DNA of 64,000 nucleotides from an uncultured delta proteobacterium (GCA_963736855.1 CAVTQK010000008.1:71835-135834); one strand, 5' to 3'; numbered from the stretch's first letter, positions 18,972 to 30,700 are shown. Numbers and translations are program-made. The notes: generated by a model not told the origin, from the letters alone.

Positions 18972-21260
18972 ATGAATGAAAACGTCGATGCCAAACTGTA
19001 TCAAGAGGTGGCCCAATTCGGGGCGATGGACATGGAGGTCTGTATGCAGTGCGGCACCTGTAGCGCATCCTGTCCTCTGTCCAGCGGAAATAATCCGTTT
19101 CCACGAAAGATATATCGATATCTTCAGCTTGGAATGAGGGACAAGCTCCTCAAGTCTTCAGAGCCCTGGCTGTGCTATTACTGCGGAGAGTGCAACAAGG
19201 ATTGCCCCCGGGGTGCCGAGCCGGCCGAGACAATGATGGCAACTCGCCGCTGGTTAACCACTCAGTACGACTGGACCGGACTTGCAAAACGGTTATACAT
19301 CTCCGAAAAGTGGGAATTCGGTGCATTGGGTTTTGTTTCGCTCTTGATCATTTTGCTTTTCACTTTTTTCCATGGACCGATAATCACCGATCGCGTTGCA
19401 GTGAATTCCTTTGCGCCCGTCTTATGGATTGAAATCGGCGATTTGGTCATGGCCGCGATTCTGTCGACATTTCTGCTGTCAAACGCCTTCAGAATGTTTC
19501 GATTTATCATGGATGGCACGAAGGTGCCATTCTGGCTCTATATAACGCAAGCCAAAGCCTTTGTCCTGCATTTTTTAACTCAGAAACGCTGGCGGGAATG
19601 CGGAGAGGACCGGAGCCGATGGTTGAAACACTTTCTCCTAGTCAGCGGTTATTTGACCATGATGTCCCTGATCATTGTTTTCATCCGCTGGTTTCAGGTG
19701 GACGACAGCAGCTGGCATTTTACAAGTCTTTTCGGCTACTATGCTACCGGTGTCCTGCTTTATATTACCGTGGAAATGTTTCGCAGCCGTCGTAAAAAAC
19801 AGGAGACGATTCATCGATACTCCCACCTTTCCGACTGGCTTTTTCTGATTCTTCTGTTTTTCACCACATTAACCGGCATCCTGATGCATCTGATCCGCAT
19901 AGCCGGATGGCCCATGGGAACCTATGTCATGTATGTCATCCATCTTGCCGTGGCAGTCCCCATGCTGGTCATTGAAGTCCCATTCGGCAAATGGTCTCAC
20001 CTCTTCTACAGGCCGCTTGCGGTGTTTCTGGCAACCGTCAAGGAGAAGGCGTCCAAAGAGTCGAGCATCGATGTCGAAGATGTGAAGGCCGAGATCGGCG
20101 AAACCTTCCTGACATGCCTGCAATGCGGCACCTGCACAAGCGTCTGCCCGGTGAACCTGATTTCATCGAACAGCCCCCGCCAGATCCTGCGTCAACTCAC
20201 GATGAAAACCGGCACTGAACAATCCGTCGACCAGGCTGTCTGGAGCTGCGTCACCTGTAACGCCTGCGGGGTCAGCTGTCCACGCGGAATACAGATGATC
20301 GACGTAATGAAGGCGGTCAGAGAACTCAACGTCGCCGCCGGAAAAATCCCCAAGGTTTTCAAGGAGCCTCTAAACAGTCTGAAAGAAAACGGCAATCCTT
20401 GGAACGGGCTGCGCGAAAGACGGATGGAATGGGCGGAAGGTGTCAATCTTCCCGCCTTCAGGCCCGAGCATGCGTATTGCCTTTTCACATGCTGTACCAC
20501 GGCATATGATCCTGCGAATCGCAATGCCGGGAAAGCCCTTCCCCGGCTCCTCGAATACGCGGGTGTTTCTTTCGGCACTCTCGGAATAGAAGAAAACTGC
20601 TGCGGCGACCAGTCCCACAAGATGGGAGCGCAAGCAATCTTCTCTGATCTGGCCCGGAAAAATACCGAGCTTTTTTTACATGCCGACGTCCGAAAGATAC
20701 TGACCGTTTCGCCCCATTGCCTGAACGCCTTTAAAAACCTTTACACCGATTTGAGAGGTTTCGTCGAAATCGAGCACTATTCAGAACTCCTGGACCGGCT
20801 CATCGAGGAGGGCCGGTTGAAACCTCTCCTGGAAGTAGCGTCCACCGTCACCTACCATGATCCGTGCTATCTGGGACGTCACAATAGTATCTACGAGGCG
20901 CCTCGCAGGATTTTGCAAAGCATTCCGGGTCTTAAGCTGGTCGAGATGACAAACAACAGAGAGTGCAGCCTGTGCTGCGGGGGTGGAGGCGGCGGGGCAT
21001 GGATAAATTATCCATCTCGTCATAGCCCCGGCGTCTTGAGGGTCAAAGAGGCTCTGGGAACCGGCGCCGAGATGATTGCCACCGCATGCCCCTTTTGCAT
21101 CCGTATGCTCGATAACGCGATACGGGAACTCGGCGTCGCAAAGGAAATTGCCATCTGTGACCTGGCCGAATTGCTGTTACAGTCGGTTGTAGTGAGGGAT
21201 GAAACAACCGTGATGGGACATATCGATTTGGGCATAAACCGGGAGGTCTGTCATGTCTGA
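18972..21260 (+). CDS. Membrane QmoC-like (HdrC ferredoxin plus heme-b transmembrane domain) fused to an HdrD/GlpC-like 2x[4Fe-4S]+CCG domain
   Basis: CMQCGTCSASCP, CYYCGECNKDCP, hydrophobic helices with His (KWSHLFYRP), then CLQCGTC/CVTCNAC, ENCCG, YHDPCYLGR, LCCGGGGG, TACPFC. Confidence 0.8.
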   Translation: MNENVDAKLYQEVAQFGAMDMEVCMQCGTCSASCPLSSGNNPFPRKIYRYLQLGMRDKLLKSSEPWLCYYCGECNKDCPRGAEPAETMMATRRWLTTQYDWTGLAKRLYISEKWEFGALGFVSLLIILLFTFFHGPIITDRVAVNSFAPVLWIEIGDLVMAAILSTFLLSNAFRMFRFIMDGTKVPFWLYITQAKAFVLHFLTQKRWRECGEDRSRWLKHFLLVSGYLTMMSLIIVFIRWFQVDDSSWHFTSLFGYYATGVLLYITVEMFRSRRKKQETIHRYSHLSDWLFLILLFFTTLTGILMHLIRIAGWPMGTYVMYVIHLAVAVPMLVIEVPFGKWSHLFYRPLAVFLATVKEKASKESSIDVEDVKAEIGETFLTCLQCGTCTSVCPVNLISSNSPRQILRQLTMKTGTEQSVDQAVWSCVTCNACGVSCPRGIQMIDVMKAVRELNVAAGKIPKVFKEPLNSLKENGNPWNGLRERRMEWAEGVNLPAFRPEHAYCLFTCCTTAYDPANRNAGKALPRLLEYAGVSFGTLGIEENCCGDQSHKMGAQAIFSDLARKNTELFLHADVRKILTVSPHCLNAFKNLYTDLRGFVEIEHYSELLDRLIEEGRLKPLLEVASTVTYHDPCYLGRHNSIYEAPRRILQSIPGLKLVEMTNNRECSLCCGGGGGGAWINYPSRHSPGVLRVKEALGTGAEMIATACPFCIRMLDNAIRELGVAKEIAICDLAELLLQSVVVRDETTVMGHIDLGINREVCHV

Positions 21261-24200
21261 ACGCATCGGATTTTATATATGCCACTGCGGCATCAATATC
21301 GCTTACCGGGTCAGGGTTCAGGAAGTGGCCGAGTATGTGGCGAAATTGCCGAATGTGGCAATCTCAAGGGATTACCTTTTCATGTGTTCCGATCCCGGCC
21401 AGGAACTCATTGAAAAAGATATTCGAGAGCATCACCTCACCCGCGTTATCGTGGCTTCCTGTTCTCCGCGGATGCATGAAAAAACCTTCCGGGCAGCTTG
21501 CCAGAGGGCGGGGCTCAACCCTTACCGGGCGTTTCATATGGTATGCGTGCGCGAACATGTTTCGTGGGTCACCGAAAGTGAAGACGAAGCCACCGAAAAG
21601 GCCAAAAATCTGGCCAGAGCCGGTATCTTGCGTGTGGTGCATCAAAGCGATTTAACCCCTGCCACATTCCCGGTATGCACCAATACCCTGATTGTGGGAG
21701 GAGGAATCGCCGGCATGCAGGCAGCCCTTGATGTGGCCAAGGCCGGATTTAAAGCCTATCTGGTTGAACGACAACCCACGATCGGCGGGCACATGCTCCA
21801 GTACGACAAGACCTTCCCCACCCTTGACTGCGCGGCGTGTATCGGCACGCCAAAAATGGTCTCCGTGGGTCAGGAATCCCGGATCCGATTGCTGACTTAC
21901 AGCGAAGTTGAAAACGTCAGCGGCTTCATCGGCAACTTCAAGGTAAGCGTCCGACGAAAAGCCCGCTACGTCGAAACGAATTGCACCGGATGCGGCGAGT
22001 GTGAAAAGGCCTGCCCCATCGATTTTCCCAATCTCTGGGATGTGAACACGAAAACCCGGAAGGCAATCTATCGGCCTTTCCCCCAGGCCGTACCGATCAC
22101 CTACTGCATCGATAAATACGACCGCGCTCCCTGTGTTCAGACCTGCCCGGCCGGAACCAACGTGCAAGGTTACGTCGCGCTGATAAAGGCGGGCAAATAC
22201 CGGGAAGCGTTGAGCCTGATCATGGAACACCTGCCCTTGCCCGGAACCCTGGGCCGCGTCTGCCCGGCACCGTGTGAACACGTCTGTCGCAGATCCGAAG
22301 TGGATGAGGCCGTCGCCATCCGCGATCTGAAGCGATTTGCAGCAGACCAGGTGGATCTTCTGGAATTGCCGCTGCCGGATATCCAAGACCGGCCTGAAAA
22401 AGTGGCCGTGATCGGATCCGGTCCGGCCGGCCTCACGGCGGCGCATTACTTGCGGCTGAAAGGCTACCAGATCACCATTTTTGAGGCACTTCCGGTACTG
22501 GGAGGCATGCTCCGTGTGGGCATCCCCGACTACCGGCTTCCTCCGGAAATCCTGGATCGTGAAATCCAAAACACGCTCCGAATGGGAATCCAGACCCAGA
22601 CGAATCAGAAGTTTGGGGTCGATTTCTGTCTCGACGACCTCAGAAAACAGGGATTTAAAGCTATCTTCCTTGGAATCGGCGCCCACCGCAGCCTGAAGCT
22701 GGGCGTTCACGGCGAGGAAGATTTCCAGGGCGTGATGGATGCGGTCGATTTTCTCAGGGAAGTAAATCTGGGCCGCCGGGAACCTCCCGGCAAACGGGCG
22801 GCGATCATCGGCGGGGGCAATGTGGCCGTCGATGCCGCTCGGGCCGCTTTGAGAACCGGTTGTGGACAAGTGGATATCGTCTATCGTCGCAGCAGAGAGG
22901 AGATGCCCGCTTATCTGGAAGAAATCGAAGGAGCCCTCGCCGAGGGTGTGAAAATCCATTTTCTGACAGCGCCGATCTCGATCCGGGGGGAAGGCGGCAG
23001 GGTCGTCGGGTTGGAATGCATCCGGACCGAATTGGGCCCCCCTGATGAAAGCGGGCGGCGGCGTCCTGTACCGGTGAAGGGTTCCGAGTTTATTATCGAA
23101 TCCGATGCGATCATACCTGCCATCGGGCAGCAACCCGACTTTGACTGGCCGGTGGAAAAACAGATCGTGGAACTCACGAGGCGCAAGACGATATCGGTGA
23201 ATCCGCAAACCATGCAGACCAGCATTCCTGATGTATTCGGAGGAGGCGATGCGGTAAGCGGGCCTGCAACGGTGATCGAAGCCGTAGCCGCAGGCCGAAA
23301 GGCGGCAGAAGCAATCCATTCCTATATCATGGGAGAAGATATGGAAAGCTACGCCAAAAAAGCTGCCGCCAAGGAACCTCTCGGCCAAAATTGGAGAGAA
23401 ATCTCCAAAACCACCCTTAAAAAAGAGAAAGCCCGGCTGCCGCATCGTGATGCATCCGAAAGCGCCGCCTCTTTTGCAGAAGTGATGTCGGGCTTTGGTG
23501 AGACGCAGGCTCGAGAGGAAGCGGCCCGCTGTGTCAATTGCGGCGGATGCTGTGAATGCAAGCTCTGCGTGAGCGCCTGTGAGGCCAAGGCGGTCAACCA
23601 CTCCATGAAGGATGAGATAGAAGAAATCGAGGTGGGTTCCATCATCGTCGCCACCGGTTTCGATCCTCTCGATCCGACACCGATCCGGCAATATGGATAT
23701 GGTCAGCACGCCAATGTCTTTACCAATCTGGAATTCGAACGGTTGTCGAACGCGACAGGACCGACAAGGGGGAAACTGCTGAAACGGGATACGAAGGATC
23801 GTTTAAGATTCACCGAGCCCCCGAAAAGCGTGGCGATCCTTCACTGTATCGGAAGCCGTGACAAGAACTACCATGAGTACTGTTCGCGCACCTGCTGTAT
23901 GTATGCGCTCAAATATGCCCATCTTATTAAAGACAAGTGCGGACACGATACCGAAGTCTACAATTTTTATATCGACATGCGCTGTTTCGGCAAAGGATAT
24001 GAGGAATTCTACAAGCGCGTCCAGAGCGAAGGGGTGCGGATGGTCCGCGGCAAAGCCTCCCGGGTAGATGAAAAGGACGGAATGCTGATCGTCACCGCCG
24101 AGGATACGCTTTCCGACAGAATGCTGAAAATCCCCGTGGAGATGGTAATTCTTTGTACCGCGATGGAGGCACGTCCGGATGCAAACGAAGTGGCGCGCGT

Positions 24201-24633
24201 GTTTGGAATCAGCACTGGAAGTGACGGGTTCTTCCAGGAAGAACATCCCAAACTCGAACCGGTTTCCACCCCCACCGCCGGCGTGTTTCTGGCCGGAGCC
24301 TGCCAGGGACCCAAAGATATCCCCGATACGGTTGCCCAGGCCAAAGGAGCCGCTGCCGAAGCCCTCGCGCTTTCCGCTTCCGGAAAAGTATCGGTTTCTC
24401 CGATGGTTTCTTCCATTGATCCCGACATCTGCATCGGATGTCAGATATGCATCGATCTCTGCGCATACACGGCAATCGAGTTCAATCCCTTGAAAGGGAT
24501 CAGCGAAGTAAACGAGGCCGTCTGTAAAGGCTGCGGAAGTTGCGCCGGCTACTGCCCGAGCGGAGCCGCGCAGATCCGGCACTTTACCAGTAAACAGATC
24601 TTTGCGGAAATCGACGGCATCTTGGCCGCATGA
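21253..24633 (+). CDS. HdrA-family flavoprotein with an inserted GltD/NfnB-like NAD(P)H module (HdrL-type)
   Basis: ICHCGINIA, GGGIAG, KTFPTLDC, insert APCVQTCP...GRVCPAPCE...GSGPAG...GGGNVA, CIGSRD...YCSRTCC, C-terminal ferredoxins. Confidence 0.87.
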   Translation: MSERIGFYICHCGINIAYRVRVQEVAEYVAKLPNVAISRDYLFMCSDPGQELIEKDIREHHLTRVIVASCSPRMHEKTFRAACQRAGLNPYRAFHMVCVREHVSWVTESEDEATEKAKNLARAGILRVVHQSDLTPATFPVCTNTLIVGGGIAGMQAALDVAKAGFKAYLVERQPTIGGHMLQYDKTFPTLDCAACIGTPKMVSVGQESRIRLLTYSEVENVSGFIGNFKVSVRRKARYVETNCTGCGECEKACPIDFPNLWDVNTKTRKAIYRPFPQAVPITYCIDKYDRAPCVQTCPAGTNVQGYVALIKAGKYREALSLIMEHLPLPGTLGRVCPAPCEHVCRRSEVDEAVAIRDLKRFAADQVDLLELPLPDIQDRPEKVAVIGSGPAGLTAAHYLRLKGYQITIFEALPVLGGMLRVGIPDYRLPPEILDREIQNTLRMGIQTQTNQKFGVDFCLDDLRKQGFKAIFLGIGAHRSLKLGVHGEEDFQGVMDAVDFLREVNLGRREPPGKRAAIIGGGNVAVDAARAALRTGCGQVDIVYRRSREEMPAYLEEIEGALAEGVKIHFLTAPISIRGEGGRVVGLECIRTELGPPDESGRRRPVPVKGSEFIIESDAIIPAIGQQPDFDWPVEKQIVELTRRKTISVNPQTMQTSIPDVFGGGDAVSGPATVIEAVAAGRKAAEAIHSYIMGEDMESYAKKAAAKEPLGQNWREISKTTLKKEKARLPHRDASESAASFAEVMSGFGETQAREEAARCVNCGGCCECKLCVSACEAKAVNHSMKDEIEEIEVGSIIVATGFDPLDPTPIRQYGYGQHANVFTNLEFERLSNATGPTRGKLLKRDTKDRLRFTEPPKSVAILHCIGSRDKNYHEYCSRTCCMYALKYAHLIKDKCGHDTEVYNFYIDMRCFGKGYEEFYKRVQSEGVRMVRGKASRVDEKDGMLIVTAEDTLSDRMLKIPVEMVILCTAMEARPDANEVARVFGISTGSDGFFQEEHPKLEPVSTPTAGVFLAGACQGPKDIPDTVAQAKGAAAEALALSASGKVSVSPMVSSIDPDICIGCQICIDLCAYTAIEFNPLKGISEVNEAVCKGCGSCAGYCPSGAAQIRHFTSKQIFAEIDGILAA

Positions 24634-24710
24634 CCAATAAAGGCGAGAGGTTTTCTTGATTCCTGAAAAAAACGAATTCCCTGGGGCATGTAACAGAAAG
24701 GAGTTGAAAG

Positions 24711-25133
24711 ATGAGTGAGTTTGAACCGACGATTGTGGCTTTTTTCTGCAACTGGTGTACTTACACAGCCGCGGACCTTGCCGGCACTTCTCGCCTGAGC
24801 TATCCCCATAATATTCGAATCATACGGGTTATGTGTACCGGCATGGTCGATCCCCAGTATATCATTAAAGCGTTTCTGGAGGGGGCGGACGGCGTATTGG
24901 TGAGTGGATGCAATCCAGGGGATTGTCATTACATCAACGGCAATTATAAGGCCCGGAGGCGGATCAAGCTTCTCAAAGAGATTCTACCCCAATTCGGTTT
25001 TGAAAACGAACGGTTGAGATTAACCTGGATCGGTGCCAGCGACGGGGTTCGTCTAGCTGAGATCATCGGGACTTTTGTAACACAAATCAAAGCCCTTGGA
25101 CCGAGTCAGACAAAGCTTAAGATGGCGATTTAA
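24711..25133 (+). CDS. mvhD: MvhD/FlxD-like [2Fe-2S] subunit
   Basis: FFCNWCTYTAADLAG, RVMCTG, GCNPGDCHY. Confidence 0.88.
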   Translation: MSEFEPTIVAFFCNWCTYTAADLAGTSRLSYPHNIRIIRVMCTGMVDPQYIIKAFLEGADGVLVSGCNPGDCHYINGNYKARRRIKLLKEILPQFGFENERLRLTWIGASDGVRLAEIIGTFVTQIKALGPSQTKLKMAI

Positions 25134-25216
25134 TTAAAAAGATCCCGGGTGTTTAAAATGTTTATCTCTCCCATAGCTTAGATGCCGAATTAAAAACAAC
25201 TTTTCTGGAGGCAGTT

Positions 25217-26359
25217 ATGACCACCATGGCCAAAATCGACCTGAAGGAACAGAATCCTTTGGAAGCCCTGAAGCAGTTCTTCGCAGGAATTCTCAAATTG
25301 AAAGATGTCACGTCTATCCTGGTCCCCCAGCGGCTTCCCACCCGAAACACGATCATGCCGACTCTGGTAACCGATGCCGCCCTGCTGGAAGGCGTTGATC
25401 CCCTTGCGCCGGCCTTCCTGATGAATGCCGCAAGAATCGCTTCCCGGTTGACCCGAAAACCGATGGGCGGAAAAGTGGCGGCGGTGTTGCGCCCCTGCGA
25501 GATACGGGCGTTCATCGAGCTGGTCAAACTGAATCAGGCCCACAGGGAGGAGATTCTTCTCATCAGTACGGATTGCCTGGGCGCATTTCCAAACAAAGAA
25601 TACTTCAAGTTTGCAGCCCAGAACGGAGCAGAAGAAACCCTTCGCTTCTATAAGACCATGCTGGGAGGAAATGCCAGTGAAATGGAAGGATTTCCATTGG
25701 CTCCGGCTTGCAGGGCATGCGAACATCCGGTCTCCGAAAATGCGGACATCCAAATCGGCCTCTACGGCGTCAAGCCCGGCGAATCCATCCTGATCAAGGC
25801 TCAATCCGAAGCCGGGGATGAAATGTTAAAGCAGATGAACCTGTCCGAAACTACTGAACCGACCGGTCGCCAGGCCGCCATTGACACCCTCATCTCCCAA
25901 CGCATCCGTTTCCGAGACGACATGTTCGCCAAAACCCAGGAAGCCATGAATAGCTTCGATAAGATGGGAGCTTATTTTTCAAATTGCGTCAACTGCTACA
26001 ACTGCCGGGTGGCTTGCCCGGTCTGTTATTGCAAGGAATGCGTTTTCGTCACCGACGTATTCAATCATGAACCTTCCCAATATCTTCAATGGGCCGCCCG
26101 AAAAGGGATGATCAAGATGCCCACGGATACCCTGTTTTATCATCTCACCCGACTGGCCCATATGAGTACGGCCTGCGTGGGGTGCGGCCAATGTTCCAAC
26201 GCCTGCCCCAATGACATCCCCGTTATGGAGGTCTTCCGCATGGTGGCCCAGCGCACCCAGCAGGCCTTTGACTATGAAGCCGGGAAGAACCTTGAGGAAA
26301 AGCCGCCTTTATCCATTTTTCTTGCAGATGAGTTTCAAGAGGTTGTGGGTATTTCATAA
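25217..26359 (+). CDS. FdhB/FrhB-like Fe-S protein with C-terminal 4Fe-4S dicluster
   Basis: RPCEIRA, DCLG, ACRAC, CVNCYNCRVACPVCYCKEC, CVGCGQCSNACP. Confidence 0.72.
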   Translation: MTTMAKIDLKEQNPLEALKQFFAGILKLKDVTSILVPQRLPTRNTIMPTLVTDAALLEGVDPLAPAFLMNAARIASRLTRKPMGGKVAAVLRPCEIRAFIELVKLNQAHREEILLISTDCLGAFPNKEYFKFAAQNGAEETLRFYKTMLGGNASEMEGFPLAPACRACEHPVSENADIQIGLYGVKPGESILIKAQSEAGDEMLKQMNLSETTEPTGRQAAIDTLISQRIRFRDDMFAKTQEAMNSFDKMGAYFSNCVNCYNCRVACPVCYCKECVFVTDVFNHEPSQYLQWAARKGMIKMPTDTLFYHLTRLAHMSTACVGCGQCSNACPNDIPVMEVFRMVAQRTQQAFDYEAGKNLEEKPPLSIFLADEFQEVVGIS

Positions 26360-26385
26360 AGCCAAAAAACAAGGGAGATGCAACG

Positions 26386-27706
26386 ATGCCGCAAGAAGCC
26401 ATTCAATTAACCCGGGAAAGACAAAGCCCCTTTATGGACAAAGTGGAAGCGATCCTTCCCGAAGGAGGAAATCTCAATCTGTGTCTGACTTGCGGGGCCT
26501 GTGTTTCGGGGTGTCCGGCCAGCGGTCTGAGCGGAATGGACCCCCGCAAATTCCTGCGCATGGCCGCCTTGGGGATGGATGAAGAAATCCTGAAGAGCAA
26601 CTGGGTCTGGTTTTGCACCTTGTGCCAGCGCTGCATCTATGTATGTCCGATGAAAATCGATATCCCCCAGTTGGTGTATCAGGCCCGTGCGAGCTGGCCC
26701 AGGGAAACCCGTCCCAAAGGGATTCTCGGCTCCTGCGATATGGCGCTGAAAAACGACAGCTGCAGCGCCATGGGAGCCGCTCCCGAAGATTTCGATTTTG
26801 TCGTCAACGATGTGCTGGAGGAATACCGGGAAGCTCAGCCCGAATTCGCCGAAATGGTGGCACCCATTGATAAGGAAGGAGCGGAGTTTTTCCTCAACCA
26901 AAACTCCCGGGAACCCGTGACGGAGCCGGACGAATTGATTCCGTTATGGAAAATCCTCCATACCGTGGGAGCGGATTGGACCTATGGTTCCAAGGGATGG
27001 GGGGGTGAGAACTATTGCATGTTCCTGGCCGACGATAAGTCCTGGGAACACATCACCCGGACGGCTGCAAACCAAACGGACGCTCTGGGATGCAGGGTCT
27101 TTCTCAACACCGAGTGAGGGCATGTCACCTTCTCGGTCCTGGCAGGACTGAAAAAATTTAACATTCCGCACAATTTTGTCGTTAAAAACATCTATGAATA
27201 TTACGCCAAGTGGATCCGCGAGGGAAAACTCAAGGTCAATTCCGATTGGAACAAGGATCTCAAAATTAAATTCACGGTTCAGGATCCCTGCCAAATCGTT
27301 CGGAAAAGCTACGGGGATCCGATAGCGGAAGACCTTCGGTTGGTCGTAACATCCCTCGTAGGGAGAAGAAAACTTTATCGATATGCAGCCGAATCGATCC
27401 AACAATTACTGCTGCGGCGGAGGCGGCGGCTTTCTTCAATCGGGATATAAGGAAGCCCGGCTGGAATACGGCCTACTAAAAGATCGACAAATACAGGAAA
27501 CCGGTGCGACATACTGTATTGCGGGGTGTCATAATTGTCACGCCCAGATTCACGAACTCAGCGAGCACTATGGCGGAGGGTATCAGGTGGTTCACCTGTG
27601 GACCCTGATTTGCCTCTCCCTCGGTATTTTGGGACCCAACGAACGGGAATATCTCGGGGAAGACCTCAAGGAGGTCCTGGTCTTTCATCCGGAATCCGCA
27701 CACTAG
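26386..27706 (+). CDS. HdrD/DsrK-like Fe-S oxidoreductase, probable selenoprotein (UGA at 27115-27117), with a +1 frameshift near 27361
   Basis: Two ferredoxin motifs, then NTE-TGA-GH (ECGH motif); frame stays open to QDPCQ; continues in frame +1 as GEENFIDMQPNRSNNYCCGGGGG...GCHNC. Confidence 0.8.
27133..27151 (+). promoter_or_regulatory. Putative bacterial SECIS hairpin
   Basis: TCGGTCCT-GGC-AGGACTGA stem-loop, G-containing loop about 24 nt after the in-frame UGA. Confidence 0.65.
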
Positions 27707-27782
27707 AAAGTAGATATCTACCTGGTAACTTTCCGGTTAAAAACTTGAAGATAGCAGGATGGATCAAGCGAAAGGATGCATT

Positions 27783-30700
27783 ATGAACAAAAAAATCGGC
27801 ACGGCAATGGTGGTCGGGGCCGGGATCGGTGGAATCCGGGCCGCTCTGGATCTGGCGGAATTCGGATATGGGGTCACCCTGATCGACCGAGCTCCGCACG
27901 TGGGGGGCATCTTGAGCCAGCTCGATTATCAATTTCCCACCGACCGCTGCGGCATGTGTAAAATGCTCCCCCTCGTCGATCGGGACGCATCCTCCCAATA
28001 TTGTCTGCGGAAAGGCTTTTTCCATGAAAATATTCAGGTTCTGCCTTCCACCGAGTTGATCGGGGTGGAGGGGGAGCCGGGGCATTTTCAGGTGACCCTC
28101 AAGCAAAAACCGAGTTGGGTCGATCCTGTCCTGTGTGTGGGATGCGGACTTTGCACGGAAGTTTGTCCGGTGGAAGTTCCGGATGCCTTCAACGCCGGTT
28201 TGTCCAAAAGAAAAGCTATCTATCTTCCGGTTCCCCATGCTATTCCAAATCCCTTTATCATCGATATGGTCGCATGCACCCGGTGCGGAGAGTGTGAGAA
28301 AGTCTGCCCGACCCATGCCATACGCTTATCGGAACAGGATCGTGAAAAGTTCCGTATCCTGGTTGTAGATGACGAACTGATCGTCCGTGATTCTCTCAAG
28401 GAACTCCTTGAAAATGAAGGCTTTTTCGTCAACATGGCCGCTTCCGGTGCAGAGGCGCTGGATCGTTTATCCGAAGCGCCATACCATCTGATGCTCACCG
28501 ACATCAAGATGCCCGGTATGGACGGAGTTGAACTTTTACAAAAAGTTCGGGAAATTTTCCCGGATATAACGGTGATCATGATGACGGCGTATGCAACCGT
28601 CGAAACCGCTGTGGAAGCGATGAAAATCGGAGCCGTCGACTATCTTGTCAAGCCATTTGAACCCGACACACTCATCCCCATGATTCTCAAGAAATACGAG
28701 GATTTTGAAACCGCCGGCGCCGGTCAGATAGAGGTCGGCGCGATCGTTCTCAGCGGCGGCGTCGCTTATTTTGATCCCCGAAGCGGAAAGAACACCCTGG
28801 GATATGGAATTTATCCGAATGTGATGACGAGTATCGAGTTTGAGAGACTATTCAGCGGCAGCGGACCCAGCCAGGGTAGGCTTGTTCGCTTCGATGGAAA
28901 GCCGATCCGGAAGGTGACGTGGCTTCAATGCGTCGGTTCCCGGGATATTCAGATTAACGCCGACTTTTGCTCCAATATCTGCTGCATGTATGCCATCAAA
29001 GAAGCTCTCGTCGCCCAAAGGCAGGCAAACGGAGATCTGGAAGCAACCATCCTGTACATGGACATGCGGACATTCGACAAATCGTTCCAGCGGTACCGGG
29101 ATACTGCCGAGCAGGTCCATGGCATCCGCTTCATCAGAGGCCGCGCGCATTCCGTCACCCAGGATCGCACCAGCGGTGATCTCGTGATCCGTTATGTGGA
29201 TCCAGGCGGTCAAATATATGATGTCGCCCAGGATGCGGTAATCCTTTCCGTCGGCCAGAGGCCGGCCATCGGATCACAGGCATTGGCCGAGCGGCTGGGA
29301 ATTCAGCTCAATCCCTGGGGCTTTTATAAAAATCCGCCTTTCTCCGCCACTCGAACATCTCGGGAAGGAATTTTTGTGGGAGGCTCTTTTTCCGGGCTTA
29401 AGGATATTTCGGATTCGGTGATTCACGCCTCTGCCGCAGCCCTCTCCGCTTCCCGGATTCTTCACACGTCAGGCGGCAGCTTGTCGCCTCAACCAACGCC
29501 AAGCACCGAAATCCGGAATGTGACCAGGGAATTTCCGCGCCTTCTCTTGACCCTTTGCACATGCAAAGGCGCCATCCTTGACGAAACAGTCAAAGCGGCA
29601 CTCAAGACCCATTTCATGTCCAATCCGAATGTGGCCCAAGTGGAGTATGTGGAACAAGCCTGCACTTCTGAAGGATGGACGGGATTGTCGAAGCTCGTAA
29701 AAGATCTGCGCCCGAACCGGGTTCTCATCGGAGCGTGTCTTCCCCAAGGATACACCCGAAAACTCAGGGAACTGAGCATGGAAACAGGGCTCTCTTCCGC
29801 CTTAATGGAAGTGGTCGATATCGGATCGCCGATATTTTGTGCCAACGATGCTCCGAAGAGAAAAGTATGAGCCCACATTGAAACGGATCCTCGAAACCGG
29901 CATCGCCATTCTCAAAGGCGCCGATCCCACCCCGACGGCGTCGACCCGCATCCAGCAGAGTGCGCTGGTGATCGGCGGTGGAATCGCCGGCATGACCGCA
30001 GCCCTTGCCGTCGCCGATCATGGCTATCCCGTGGATCTGGTAGAACAGGATGCACAGCTCGGCGGAAATCTTCGTTGGATCAAAAAAACCATCGAAGGAT
30101 ACGATACCCATTCGCTGTTGGAGGAAACAATTTCCCGTGTGGAAAAGCATCCGAATATCCGTGTGCACACCGAGTCCCATGTCTTAGAGGCCTTTGGACA
30201 TGCAGGAAGTTTTGTGACTAACATTGAAAACGGCGCGAAGGAGATCACAACGATCACGCACGGCGTTGCGATCCTCGCCACCGGTGGAACTGAAGCTCGA
30301 ACCCAATCCTATGGCTACGGCACATCCGAAATCATCGTGACGCAGAAGGAGTTGGAACTCAAGCTTCACGAAAACCGTATAGACGCTGCAAAATTAAAAT
30401 CAGTGGTGATGATTCAATGCGTCGATTCGAGGGAAGAACCCCGTAACTACTGCAGCCGCGTCTGCTGTGTATCGGCGCTGAAAAACGCGCTCTATCTTAA
30501 GGAAAAGAATCCGACCTGCAAAATCACCATTCTCTATAGGGATCTGATGGCCTACGGCTTCTCCGAAACCTATTATACTCAGGCTCGACGCGCCGACATC
30601 CTCTTCATTCAGTATGACCTGAAAACCAAACCCGCCGTCGTTTCGATGGATGACGGCATCCGAGTCAACGCCCACGAGCCGATTCTCGATCGCCCAATTC

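Noticed and set aside
21652..23709. 685-aa minus-strand ORF
   Set aside because: Antisense shadow of the HdrL gene with no recognisable motifs
18972..24633. Canonical qmoABC of sulfate reduction
   Set aside because: Domain fusions and gene order differ, and aprAB is not adjacent
29868..29870. TGA ending the REC-HdrA ORF as a second selenocysteine
   Set aside because: Not at a Cys motif; homology continues in a different frame
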